A DNA stretch of 64,000 nt from Glaucostegus cemiculus (GCA_976551045.1 CDPCPM010000115.1:3968001-4032000); one strand, 5' to 3'; positions 27,195 through 40,149 are shown, numbered from the stretch's first letter. Numbers and translations: made by a program. Notes: generated from the letters alone by a model not told the origin.

Positions 27195-27910
27195 GCGTAG
27201 GAGTAAGGCAGGGGGAACCCACTGTGGTTCCACAGCCTGCTCTGTCATTCAGTAAAATGATGGCTTGTGGCGACTCACCGGTATCGAACCGGCTCCCACG
27301 ATCGCAAGCGTTGTCGGACGCCCCGACTCAAGATGGTGCAGGGCCCTCCTTCTTCTACTTCATTGGGCTGGGAAAGCCCACGTGCGGGAAGATCAGGTGA
27401 CCCACGCGTGGCTTCAGAAGCGTGGGAAGAGTTTCAGTATTAAAAGCGGCACCGCGCCCCCGTCATTCGTTCGACTTTTGACTCAAACCAACCGACTCCG
27501 TGTGTTATTCAACAGTAGCATAGCTCGCCACTACAGGCTAACCTTTCATCCCAAATCAGTCACCTGCCTCCTTCCTTTAGTGTTGATACATCTATCAGTC
27601 TCAGCCTGAATATACTCAGCAACTGCACATCCACAGTCCTCTGCCATAGAGCATTCCAAAGACTTAAAATTCTCAGAGAAAAGAAACTTATCCTCAACTC
27701 AGTCCTTGCGGGTGATCTCTTACCCTGAGACAATACCCCCAGGTTTGGGCTCTCCAGCTAGAAGTTAGTGTCGCAGCACCTACCCTTACATCACATCTCA
27801 ACATCTTATATCATTCCATGACATACTTCTCATTCATTTAAATTCCAGGAGTGTGGACCAATCTCAGTCAACCTCTCCTCATAGAACAAGCCCTCATTCC
27901 GGAATTTCAA
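27195..27910 (-). mobile_element. Old CR1 3' fragment hosting the solo LTR
   Basis: cagcctgctctgtcattcagtaaaatgatggct resumes after the LTR with CR1 3' antisense motifs (gcattccaaaga, caacctctcctcatagaacaagccc). Confidence 0.7.
27266..27535 (+). mobile_element. Solo LTR, 270 bp, probably Ty3/Gypsy
   Basis: Begins TGT and ends ACA; flanked by a 4-bp direct repeat ggct (27262-27265 and 27536-27539); imperfect inverted termini tgtggcga / tcgccactaca; TATA-like tattaaaa near 27438; strongly CpG-rich against CpG-poor flanks. Strand is inferred from the TATA-like motif. Confidence 0.85.
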
Positions 27911-28959
27911 TCTAGTATTAAACGTGGTCCACAAGGCTCCATGGAATTCTTCTGCAGTGATCCAGGAAAACAAAAAATCTTTGGTACTTAAAAGCAATAG
28001 CACAAACATTCTGCATTATCCAGCAATAAAATTCAGTTTCCTTCTACTGAGACTTCCATTTGTTTTGTGCACTATTTGGACAAGCTAACATAACTACATC
28101 AGAGATTATTAACTTCTGCTTACTTTGCTGAAGGAAATGCCTTTGTAAAGATACTATCAGAGAGCCGTGTTTGAGAAACTTGCCTGTAGCACCACCCACT
28201 GGTTATCTAGAGGAAATCTGCACAGTTTATGCTGTGCAAGCAGATTGCAAGGTAGAAACAGGTCACGTTGAAGGTTATAGAAAAGAAATAGCCATATGGA
28301 ATATGGCCTTTTAAACACAAGAAAGTAAAGTAGGTTGAGGTCAGTCGCCCCCTTGTGCGTTTCCTGCATTAATGCTATTTCCCTTGAACCCCTTAATATC
28401 TAAAAATCTTTACACCTCAGGCATTAATGTTAGAAGGTGCACAGTGGCTGTTCATAGTTTTGATTGAACCAGACAAGTAGGTATTGTGTTTATAGTTGAG
28501 AACTACACACAGGGATATTTTGAAATTAGATTTACCAGAATGAAACCCAGATTCTGATGGCAAATTTATGAAGAGAGATTATACAAACTAAAATTGTTGT
28601 TATTTTGGACTTCAGAAGATTATGCAATGATGTGATTGAAGTTTCTAAGATGTTAAATGAAGCTGGCAGTTTGATGCTATCCTCTTGCTGTTGGTTGGGG
28701 AATAAAGCTGGAATTTGGGTTCATGGTCTGAAAAGCAGTGCCAAGCATTTTGGGAGTGAAGTTTGGAAATAATTCTACTCGCAAAAGTGGCAGAAATTTT
28801 GAATGTTTTCCTACCATTGGCAATCAAAACTTTGCAGCTTTATAGCTGAGACTGATAGAATTTGGTTATCCAAAATAGGATGGTGGGGAAAGGAGCTGGG
28901 TTACAGATCTGTAGCGGTCAGGCTGAATGGTGGAACAGAGAGGAGTGGCCCACGCCTGC

Positions 28960-29200
28960 TTCTTTGCCACTCCCCCCAGTGCCCTGGCCAACATTTATCC
29001 TTCAGCTGACACCACTGAAATAAAGACTTTCTAGTCATTTATCAGTTTTGGTATTCATGGGGTTGTCCTGTACTACCCCATGTGTTCATGGAGTTGTCAG
29101 CCATATTACAACACTGACTGCCTTCAAAAAAATCTTTGCTGGTTGTAATAAATACCAGGACATCTTGAAGTCGTGAATGGCCTTACAAGTCCTTTTGCTT
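28960..29200 (+). mobile_element. Deu-domain SINE relic
   Basis: cagtgccctggccaacatttatccttcagctgacaccact...acaacactgactgccttcaaaa...ggacatcttgaagtcgtgaatgg. Confidence 0.6.
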
Positions 29201-30074
29201 CATGCCCAAGACAGAAGGGTGTGTAATCTGGAGGTGCTGGTCACTGCTGCTCATTTGGTGGTAGAGGTCACATGGAGGGAAAGGTCAGGGTTATCAACTT
29301 GGCAACCTGTTACAATGCATTCTACAGACTACACCATGAGAGGGTGATAGAATAAACAGGTGCTCACTCAGTCTGGAGGCAGGCCAGGGAGCAAGTCCAC
29401 TGGTTCAATTGTGCTTCAGGTGAAAGTGGAGTGGAAGCAAAAATCAAGAAAACAGGAGCACGTACACCTTTTGGTCTTTCTAGTCTGTGCCACCATTCAA
29501 TATGATCGTGGCTGATTCGCTATCTCACTACAACATTCCCATTCCTTGATTCCTTGGCATTCTTAAATTTGTCTACCTCCTTCTTAAAATTAATCAGCAA
29601 CTTGGCCTCTACACCCCTCTGTCACAGGTGCTAAGGTGGTGGACATCAGACCATCCAGACGATTAGGGTACTCTGTAGCTCCTATTGGCTGGGAGTCGTC
29701 AAGACTAATGGAGATAACAGAACAAGCGTTAGCCAGTGCAGCAGTCACTGGCACACATGTTGAAAGCAGCCTTTTGCTTGGACGATGGCATGGCATAATA
29801 GGTGCCAGTGCCTGGGTCAAAGACGTTGCCATGAGGTCATGTATTCATCTCCCTGATGAAGCAGAGTGTCGGTTTGGAAAAGGTCACATTCCAAGAATCT
29901 TGTCGGAAGGACTCCACTGAAGTTGCCCTTCTCTGCAAAGATACTAATGCAGCAAGTTCATCATCAACACCCAAGAGGCTGGTGTCACTGAATATCAATA
30001 GGAGACAACCAGCCTTTTCCTCACCTGGGCTGGTTACACTGTAATAAAACGCTCAGGCTTTATGTACTATAAAG

Positions 30075-30945
30075 TTTTACGACAGTCCAGTGTAGAAGGT
30101 TGCTGTAGATTACAACAGGATATTGATAGAATGCAGTGCTGGGCTGAGAAGTGGCAGATGGAGTTCAACCTGGATAAGTGAAAAGTAATGCACTTTGGGA
30201 GATTGAATTCAAAGGCAGAATACGAGGCTAATGGGAGGACTCCTAGTAGTGTGGAGGAATAGAAGGATCTTGGGTTCCACATCCATAGATCCTTCAAGTT
30301 TGCCACACAGGTTAAGAGGATGGTTAAGAAGGTGTTTGGTCTATTGGCCTTCATTAGTCAGGGTATTGAGTTCAAGAGCCACGAGCTGATGTTGCAGCTC
30401 TATAGAACTCTGGTCAGATCACATTTGGAGTATTCAGTTCTGGTCGCCTCCTTATAAAAAGGATGTGGAAGCTTTAGGGAGGGTGTAGAGGAGATTTACC
30501 AGGATGTTGCCTGGATTGGAGAGCATGTGTTATGAGGATAGGTTGATTGAGCTAGGGCTTTTCTCTTTGGAGAGAAGGAGGATGAGAGGTGACTTGATAG
30601 AGGTGTACAAGATGATAAGAGACATAAATTGAGTGGACAGTCAGAGACTTTTTTCCCCCCCCAGGGTGACATAGGCTAACACAAGGGGACATTGTTTTAA
30701 GGTGATTGGAGCAAGGTATTAGGGGGATGTCAAGGGTAGCCTTTTTTTTTTTTAAGAACAGAGAAAGTGACAGAGGTTATGGGGGCAGATACATTAGGGA
30801 AATTTAAAAGACTCTTGGATGGACACATGAATGATAGAAAAATGGGGGCTATGTGGGCAGGAAGGGCGAGGTAGATATTAGAGCAGGATAAAATGTCAGC
30901 ACAACACTGGGCTGAAGGGTGTGTGATGTGCTGTAGTGCTTTATA
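30075..30945 (+). mobile_element. CR1 3' fragment
   Basis: tgggctgagaagtggcagatggagttcaacc; aggaggatgagaggtgacttgatagaggtgtacaag; CR1 tail. Confidence 0.93.
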
Positions 30946-31249
30946 TTCCAGGACCTCCAGCCAGTGGAGGAATGACCGTGGTTCTATGTAACATTAATCT
31001 ACAGTCCTCTCATTCATCTTCTTGCCACTGATGACCTCGCTGTTGCCCATTATCCTGTCCATGTTGCTGCTGATGTTGTTGAACTGGTGCAGAGCAACTC
31101 CATGCTCAATCTCGGAGGCCATCTGCAGTCTATTCTGCTCATTACAAACAAAAAATATTCCAACAGATTTGTCAAATATGATGGGCAAAAGGTCAGCATT
31201 GACATAGTGGACTGAAGGGCCCCTTTCTGTGCTGTACAACTCACTATGA

Positions 31250-31700
31250 TTACCCTTTCATAAAACCATGATGTCTCTTCTCAATCTAATCTTCCCCCCC
31301 GCCCCCTGAAGTGTCCCATAACAACTTCCCTGATAATAGATTCCAACATTTTCTTTACCACTGTCAGACTAATAGGTTTACAGTTGTGTTTTCTCTACAT
31401 TTTCAACTAGTTGGGTTAAATTTGTTACCTTCCAAACTGCAGGAATGTTTGAAGACAACCAATGAATCCACTATTTCCACAGACACCACCTTCAATTCCT
31501 TTGGATGTAAGTCATCAAGTCCTGGGGACTTATTGACCATCTCTACCATACATTTCTACAATACCATTCCACCCTCCACTTGCTAACTTCGTTCCCCATT
31601 TACTCTGGGCCTGTCATCTACTGCTTTCAAGGAGGTTACTCTGTTCTATGACTGATGCAAAACACTTGTTTAATTTCTCTGCTACTCCCTTACCCCCACC
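31250..31700 (-). mobile_element. Ancient CR1 ORF2 relic
   Basis: Antisense of KSPGxD (aagtcctggggactt) and NxxPISLT (ccactgtcagactaataggtttacagtt). Confidence 0.5.
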
Positions 31701-32744
31701 CCCCAGTATAACATCTCAAACTCCTGCTAATGCAGAACTTCTCCTGCACTGAATCACCAATCCAAAATATAAAATTTTCAGATGGAGATTGAACTCACCA
31801 AGTCAAAAAACTTTGTTATTAACAAAGTTATTAACAAAGCCAAGTAATGAGAACTGCCATGCTATTGGCAAAATGGAGGGTAGTAAACATGACTTCTCAT
31901 TTAACAATGAAACCTCTGCTTCATAATTTTGCAATCAGATCATGATTTACGTAGTAGAATAACTTCTCATCTGTTTAAGCAGAGTTCCACACTGCATGGT
32001 TAATAGGAAAAAAGGTAAACTGTTTTCCAAGATGCCAGTATCAGAAAAAGCTGTCACCGAACCCAAGCTGACAGTGAAATATCCCTGTGCATATATAAAG
32101 ACATTGTCTGAGGCTCAGTATGGCACTCCTCCACAAAAATATGGATATTTTAATGGAGTAAGGAGGGTTGCAGATCATCTTTCAGATGAAATATTACTTC
32201 AGGCAGCTATCCTAATTCAACCAGTTTTAGACTGCTTAATATATTGTCCTGAATATTTAAAGTTACTATCTGAAGAAGTTTTCCTCTCATGAAATAATTA
32301 CACTCAAATTAATGTGACACAGTAGGATCTGCCAAGTGAGCCCCCAAATGAGCAGAGACTGGAGATCTAGCTACCATTCCAACATACCTTCTCTGCAAGG
32401 CAGTTTCACTTGTCATCTGTGTTCAATCAAAGACCATGGCAATTTAAGTTTTATCTTTGCTCAAAACTGGCTGGAACATTTTTGCAAAGCTTTTCCCTTT
32501 GAAAATTTTGGGCAAAGACAAAATGTTTTTTTAACAAAAGTATGCAGAGATCTCAAGTGCCAGCAGAACAAAGGAAACTTTTATATCCTCAGACTGCTCA
32601 CAAACATGAGCATCCACTCTGTGAAGCAGCAAGGACATACATGGCATAAGAGGCAGATTTTGGAAACCTTGAAAAAAAGAGTTTTAAATTTTAGCTTTTT
32701 TTCTGGAAAACATTTACATTTAAAAAACAAAGAATAAAGTCATA

Positions 32745-33270
32745 TAGCAGAGATACAGCCCTTTCAGCCCCTTGAGTCTGCACTGACCAAACATCCCACT
32801 TTGCACTAATCCCATTTTATTCTCCTCACATTCCCATCAACTATCTCCATATTCTACCACTCATCTTCACACTGAGGGCAATTGGCCACTGTAAATTGCC
32901 CCATCAACCTGCACATCTTTAGGACTGAGAGGAAAGCAGAGCACCTGGAGATGTACAAGGAGAGTGGATGCCTCAGCTCCAGTGAGCCACGTTTCAATCC
33001 TGATCTCCAATACTGAAGTTTGTGCATTTTCCCTATGACCACATGGTATTCATCTGGTGCTCTAGTTTTATCCAACACCCCAAAGATATGCAAATTTGCA
33101 AAGTTAATTAGCCACTACAAATTGTGGCTAGTATGTAGATGAGTGGTAGAATCTATGGGGAAATTGGATGGGACTGTGTGCAGAATGAACTGGGACTAGT
33201 ATAAATGAGTTCTTTCTGGTCAGCATGGACTGGTGGATGGAAAGGTCTGCTTCCATGGTATACAAGTCTA
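32745..33270. mobile_element. Two HE1/V-SINE-type copies head-to-head (minus about 32745-32960, plus about 32965-33270)
   Basis: ttctaccactcatct pairs with agatgagtggtagaa; V-domain-like core in both copies; CR1-like tails at the outer ends. Confidence 0.7.
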
Positions 33271-34281
33271 CAATTCAAAGGAGAAGCTACCGATCACAAA
33301 TTCAAACAATTCTAATTGTGTTTAAGAAGCTGACAAGAAAATTCTACTGGCATGTGAGCCAGTATTTTGGAAAGCAGAACCTTGCTTAATTATGTGAAAT
33401 TCTGCATAGGACCATTTTTGGTAGCTGTATTGCTTAGAATTTGCCTGTGTCAATTTTCCCTGTCCACAGAATCATGTCACAAAATGTGGCTCATTGCTTG
33501 TAGAAGCATCCAATCTTCCAGGCCATATCCACTGTTAATGGTGCTTTGGACTACTGACAGCACTTCAATAACAGTATGCTCACATGATCATTGCAAGCTG
33601 CTAGTGCTAAAGTAGATTCCTCCATATTTCATTAAAATAGTTATATGAAACTGATAGTCAGGAAAAGGGAACACTTACTCTGTGCACCATGATGACTGAA
33701 AAATCTAAAGTAGCTCTGAGGTGGTGGTGGTGATGCAGGCTAGGAGACTTCAGAGAGCAGTTAAGAATTGACAATATACAGTCCAGTTACTTCCTAAAGG
33801 GCACTAATGGACTAGTTGAGTGTTTATAATTCAGTTTTGTAGTCATTTGTTATTCCAAAATGAAACCAGCTTTTCATTTGCAGATTTGAACAAATTTTGA
33901 ATTCTCAAACTGCCTTGGTGGGCCCATAAAAACCAAAGCAGTTGTCACAAGACTTCTCAGCTGAATTCCTTCTGTGCAGCTGGTCTCAATGACAACCTCA
34001 GCCTGAATAAAGCCACAAATGACATAGTGGACTATTATGTAAATGAGTGCATGGAGAATGAGCAGGGCACAATTTTTCCATACCCTTGTTTCCATTTTGA
34101 CCCATCCAAAATTAGATTGGGTACCTCCACTCCAAATTACCACCACTGACTTAAGAAATGTCCTTAAGCCTCTTTCTCTTCCTCTATTTTTAATTAATTA
34201 GATCCAACTTGGTTGAGTATTTTGTTGGAACATGAATTCAACCTGCTGACTAGATCATCCAGTTCTCAGAGCAACAAATTT

Positions 34282-34340
34282 CAGCACCTTGAATTTGCAG
34301 GGAGTCATCCCCAAGTATTGACCAGGCCCTACTCTGCTTA
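34282..34340 (-). pseudogene. 5S rRNA-derived fragment (pseudogene or SINE3-type head)
   Basis: Minus strand taagcagagtagggcctggtcaatacttgg...ggtgctg versus vertebrate 5S taagcagggtcgggcctggttagtacttgg...ggtgctg: 26/30 identical over the first block. The 5' third of 5S is missing. Confidence 0.75.
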
Positions 34341-35414
34341 ACTGGGTTGTCAGGGAGCATGATGAGAATGTAGATCCCATTGCTCCCCTCCTCAATCTGT
34401 GGGGGCAATTTTATGATATCACCTGTAGCCATGTGATCAGCTTCCAAACACATGCTGATTCTAGCTGGGCTAGACAATTTACAACCCCACCCCTAGTCTC
34501 TGAACCTGCTTCCACATCTGTATAGAGCTCATCTGTTGAAATCATTACACAAACCCATCACCTCCTGATATCAAGATTCTTATGTTCCACACATAGCCTT
34601 GCATCTGCCACAAACTAACCTCCCATGGAATCCACCATTCACTGGCCGGGCCACCTGCTCTGGCAGCTCTGATTTTTAATAGCTTGTGTCCTCAGATTTT
34701 AAAAGATCATTTGGCATGGGCATGACCAGGACAACCCTCATCCATAAAGCCAGACAAAATTGAGAGTGACACCTATTTTAATATTAAATGAAGTTAACCG
34801 CCATGTTATTACTTTGAAAAGTTTGTGGCATATGCACAAAGTTCTTGAAAAATTCATTCTAATCAGTTGGCAATATTCTGGGTGTAGTGTTTCTTTGCCA
34901 AGATCGTACTGGCTATGGGGTTTATTTTTAGATGGACACTGCAATGATATCAACTTCAACCATTTGGAGTATTATTCTTGCCAAGATTTAATTTTCTTTG
35001 AAAAAGACCCCCCTCCCCCGACTCAAACTGTTGGCCTGTATACTTTTGAGTTCTATTCTTGATCCAAAGACCACAATGTTGAAAGGCAAACATCCTGCCA
35101 GGATTGTTTATAACTGTCAGAATGGCATTAAATACAAAGCTGTTGAGAATAGCCTCTGATAAAAGCCAGGCACTTACAATTTCTGAATCTTTCTCCCATT
35201 CACATCTGTTCACTTTGACCTTGTAAACTTTCTGGGATCTTGCAAATTGACTGGATTAAGTAGAACAAACCTCCAGCTCACTCAGGAGAGTCAGGAGTAT
35301 GAGGGAGTGCACTGACTGTACAACAAAGATACATTAAAGCTTTCAGAGGTCAGCATCAGGGTGATCACTTGTCCCTTTTTGGTTGAGACACTACTGCTCC
35401 AAGGATTCTGTCCT

Positions 35415-36315
35415 AATAGAACCATAGAACAATACAGCACAAAACAGGCCCTTCGGCCCACCAAGTTGTGCCATCCTTCAAACGTCTCACAATCTAACTC
35501 TTTCCTCCCACATATCCTACTATTCCACATTCTTCCATATGCCTATCCAACAATCTCTTGAACCTGTCCAACGTATCTGCCTCTACTACCACCCCAGGCG
35601 GTGCATTCCATGCATCAACCACTCTCTGGGTGAAAAACTTCCCTCTGACATCTCCCCTAAACTTTCCACCCAATATCTTAAAGCCATGCCCTCTCGTCTT
35701 GTGCATCTGCGCTCTGGGAAAGAGGCGCTGGCTGCCTACTCTATCTATTCCTCTCAATATCTTATATACCTCTATCAAGTCTCCTCTCATCCTCCTCCTC
35801 TCCAACCAGTAGAGCCCTAGCACCTTAAGCCTCTCCTCATATTCCATATCCTCTAATCCAGGCATCATCCTGGTAAATTGCCTCTGTACCCACTCCAACA
35901 CCTCCACATCCTTCCTATAATGCGGCGACCAGAACTGAACACAATATTCTAAGTGCGGCCTAACTAGAGTTTTGTACAGCAGCATCATCACCTCTCTGCT
36001 CTTGAACTCAATCCCATGATTTATAAAAGCTAACATCCCATAAGCCTTCTTAACTGCCCTATCCACCTGCGAGGCAACTTTGAATGAACTGTGGATATGA
36101 ACCCCCAGATCCCTCTGCTCCTCTACACTGCCAAGTGCCTTACCATTTACCTCATACTTTGCCCTGAAGTTAGTCCTCTCAAAGTGCACCACCTCACACT
36201 TCTCCAGATTAAACTCCATCAGCCACCTGTCCGCCCAGCTCTGCATCCTATCAATATCCCCGACAGTCCTCCATACTATCTACCATACCGCCGATCTTGG
36301 TGTCATCTGCAAAAT
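35415..36315 (-). mobile_element. Young 5'-truncated CR1; uninterrupted 250-aa ORF2 C-terminus
   Basis: ORF 35494-36246: WADRWLMEFNLEKCEVVHF, LVRPHLEYCVQFWSPHY, FFTQRVVDAWNA. Confidence 0.96.
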
Positions 36316-36829
36316 CCTGTTAAATGATAGTGGAACAGGATTTATCTACTGCTCCCAGTTTGGAAGGACACTCCTCCAGCCTTGTCTGATATTGGGCAGA
36401 ACCATTTAACAAAAACTTTCCAAACTGCCGGGTCCAAAAGGCTTAACTCTTCATTGAGGTCAACATCTCCAGGCTATGCAACCAACCTTCTGACTTTCCT
36501 GCTTGGTGCCAATTAGCAACACTGTTGACTAAAGCTGCATCTAGCTAGCAAGTGAGTAAACCCCACCCACAGCCAGTCCATACCAATGAAAAGTGCAAAG
36601 CAAGTGGAGAAAACAATGGGAGCTGGAGGTTGTAGGATCAGGAGTTGGAGCTGGGAGGCTTAAGGAAGTGGGAGACAGGAGATGGAGGACAGAGATAGCT
36701 GAAGGTGGCAGGACTTAAGAGCTGCTGGTGGCTCAGAAACACTCCAAACTGGTAAACTTACAATTTGTAATTATTGTTTAATGTAGAATACAAAATGTTA
36801 AATAATGTTTTTATTTTTTTTATTTTTAA

Positions 36830-36990
36830 AAATTTTATTTACAGCGTGGTAACAGGCCCTTTCGGCCCAACGAGTCCACGCTGCCCATTTTAAACCCCCT
36901 ACCCGTACGTCTTTAGAGTGTGGGAGGAAACTGGAGCACCCGGAGGAAACCCACACAGACACGGGAGAACGTACAAACTCCTTACAGTTA
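36830..36990 (-). mobile_element. V-SINE-type SINE 3' part with CR1-like tail
   Basis: gtgggaggaaactggagcacccggaggaaacccacacagacacggg; tail aacaggccctttcggcccaacgagtcc. Confidence 0.85.
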
Positions 36991-37879
36991 AAATGGCATG
37001 TTTCCCAGTATTTTTAACTGGTGATCACTTGGCTCCACCCACAAGGCTGGAAGAAATTGACAGTACCCCAATTTTAAAACCAAATCAAGTTTGGCCCATT
37101 GTATTACATTGAAAGGTAGTGACCTCTTAACACTTCTCTTGCACCTCTACTTTGCAGCTTGAACTTCTGCCCTCCTGTAACAAGGACTAAGCACATGTAT
37201 TTGAGCAGTGCAACCTCGATTGAATCTGAGGCGTGAAACTTCTAGTACCTGGTACGTCACATGCTTCAAAAGGTACTCCCCCCCCCCCCCCCCGACTTTG
37301 TCCTTTAGCCATAGGATGCTGAAGAAGGCTGATCTTGCCAGGCCTTCCTGTGGGCAGGGTACATCACTGAACAGGCTTTCCCTCCTCACCCACTCACATC
37401 ACAGATTCTGAGCAGCTCTACCACTTGCCCACATACTTGGCACAACTTTGTGCTTCTTTTATTTTGGCCTGCCACAAAGGCTTTCCAGTCCTATTTGAAA
37501 CCTCAAATATTCTTGGCTTCACATGTTGCCACTTACACAAAAATGGCAGTCTTGCTTAATTTATAATGAATATCTTGCAAATATTAATTGCAGCCCTGTG
37601 CATGTGCTGTCTGAATTGCATTCAGTGCAACTGAAATAACCAACCATTAAAAGATGGCTATTAACACGATGGTCATAAATCAGTTTTCTTAATTCTAACC
37701 CACAAATTCCAGCAATTGTACCAGTTGTCACAGTGAATAATTTATTCAAACTCCTCATATAACTTAAATTCACAAAAATCAGGAAGAATCTTATTGCTCA
37801 TCTCAATCCTTCAAAGAATTACATTCTTCTTGAAGTTAGATGCAGAGATCCAAATAGATGCACAATGAATATCAAAAAA

Positions 37880-38445
37880 TAACAGATACTGGAAAACTGA
37901 AAAAAAAAACAAAATGCTGGAAACACTCAACAGGTCAGGCAACATCTGTTGAATGAGGGAAAAGTTAACATTCAGATCTAGGACCTTCCATTAGAACTAT
38001 GAAAAGGGTAAAAACAAGTTAGTTTTAGTATCAGAGAAATTGGGGGATGGATGGGTAGAACAAAAAATTCTTTGTGGGGTGAGACCAAATGATTTAATGT
38101 GGCCGTTTAGATCAGATTAAGCTTTTTATCCTTTTACTGTATTGCAAATAATGAGGCTGTGGAAATATGCCCATCGACCAGACTACAAAAGGAAAAAACA
38201 AATATGTAACCCAAAAGGCAAATCAGAAATGGCCAATCCTGTTACAAACTGTAAGAAAGTTACCTAAAGTTTCGGAACTTGGTATTGAGTCCAGAAGGCT
38301 GCAACATGCCCAGATGCAAGATGACATGTTTGTCAAGCAACAGTGCTGGAGGAACAGAGTCGAGCAGCATCTGTGGGAGGAAAGGAATTTTAGGTTTCAG
38401 GTCAAAACTCTGCATTGTGACAGAGTGGAGAGGGAAGATTGGCAA
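37880..38445 (-). mobile_element. Penelope-like element relics (GIY-YIG C-terminus and terminal repeats)
   Basis: ORF 38260-38445 ends HVILHLGMLQPSGLNTKFRNFR, matching the recalled PLE motif HLIFRLGTLQPxGLN; terminal motif aaaatgctggaaacactcaacaggtcaggcaacatc. Confidence 0.75.
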
Positions 38446-38859
38446 TATAAAAGAAACCCTTTGTCTTGTTTATCATTACTGTTATCTCTTTTCCTTTAAT
38501 AAGGTGTTGTCCAAAACTTGTTTCCATAGCTATAGCTATTTTCAATAGACAAAAATATCTGGTTCCAAGTTATCCCACATGGATTTCTGCTCAAAATCCA
38601 TCCTTCACAATTGGGACCCACCCAGTTACAGATATGTTCAACCTATCCAGTGTTTCTCAAGGCAGTGTTCTTACTGCATCCTGAGATCCACACTGACTTG
38701 CATTAGCAGGTGCATGCTCTTATCTCTTTCTGCAGTAACAGACTCAATCTCTCAAAGTTATTGTGATCCAGTTCTACTTTATTCTTGACCTCTCAATTCT
38801 CACTATAGAGCAGAGAACTTCAAGGTACACAATGAGACTTCTGGCCAATATTATAAGTT

Positions 38860-39426
38860 TATTTTTTTGTTATGCTCCCCTCCTCCCCTATCATTCTGGT
38901 TCTAACTGCCATTCACCCCTCTCCTAATGGTTCCTCATTCACATCTTCTTTACTTAGAGTCCTGCACTGGTAGCCCTTTATGTTCCAGCTTATCTACCTC
39001 CAGTAGGTGTCTCTAATCTTCACACTCCCCTCCCCCCACCTTGCTCCATCTACCTCTCCACATATTTCTCCCCCACCCCCTTTTAATTTGTCTGCTTCCA
39101 TCTATCATTCACCTGCAACTGCCTCCCAACTCAGTTCCTGCTCACTTCCCCTACCTGGGGCAACCAGCCTTACACCCTTCCTCAGTCCAATTATCATAGA
39201 CTCCTGGAGACAAGAGACTGCAGATGGTGGAACCTTAAGCAACAATCCGCTAGAGGAACTCAGCAGGTCGAGCATCGTCTGTGGAAGGAATTGTCAACAT
39301 TTCAGGTCCTGAAGCAGGTTTTCGACCAGAAACATCAACTATTCCTTTCCTCCTACAGTTGCTGTTTGACCTGCTGAGTTCCTCCAGCAGGTTGTATGTT
39401 ACTCCAGATTCTGGCATCTACAGTCT
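38860..39426 (+). mobile_element. PLE C-rich 3' region ending in an inverted terminal-repeat hairpin (39215-39426)
   Basis: Perfect 17-bp reverse-complement pair gaggaactcagcaggtc (39253-39269) / gacctgctgagttcctc (39368-39384) within longer imperfect arms. Confidence 0.75.
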
Positions 39427-40149
39427 ATGTTTTCAAGTTAACAAATGATTCTCACTGCCTTACTCTCCTGAATGAATGCCAATGAGCCATTACCTCTGGT
39501 CTGGCTGTTTGCCAGTGGGACAGAACATACCCTGGGGTTTGAGAAGCAGGATTCTGGTTCATTGGTTGTATGCTTTGATTCTTTGAGAATGGCCATGTCA
39601 GACTACTGCTCGACTTTGAAAGATAGGAACAAAATATCAATCTCCTAGCACAAATAGAAAGGCTTGGATTGTCACTGTAATACTGTCAGCTTATAACTGA
39701 TAAATTGTAGCAAGAGTTCATCCTTCTGGGATCACAGCATAACTTCCTCTGCCATATGTTTAACTAAGGTCCAATATTCTAAAATTGGATAGGTATATGT
39801 ACCGATTTCTGGGAAAATAAGTGAGCCTTCCATTCTGGTCAATATTATTTAACAGAGTGTCTTAATGCCATGATGCCACAGATTTTATTGAAATCAAAAG
39901 CAAACCGGCAAGTCATTTTCCGATTACTACTGTTAAGTATGGCCATTGTTTTCCCAAGGGTTGATATCTTGCTCAGAACATAAGGCTAGTCAGTTTACAC
40001 ACACACACAACTCCAAGAGGAATGTTCTCAAACACTCATCTGTATTGCTAAATTTAGAATTGAAACAGTCAACGTAATCATCTGTATTAGCTCCACCTTA
40101 CCATTTGTTTTCTAGCCCCTAGAGTCTGTATTAATGATAACGTACGATC

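Noticed and set aside
31811-31839. 17-bp palindrome overlapping a 12-bp tandem duplication
   Set aside because: It is short and AT-rich, and local slippage explains it.
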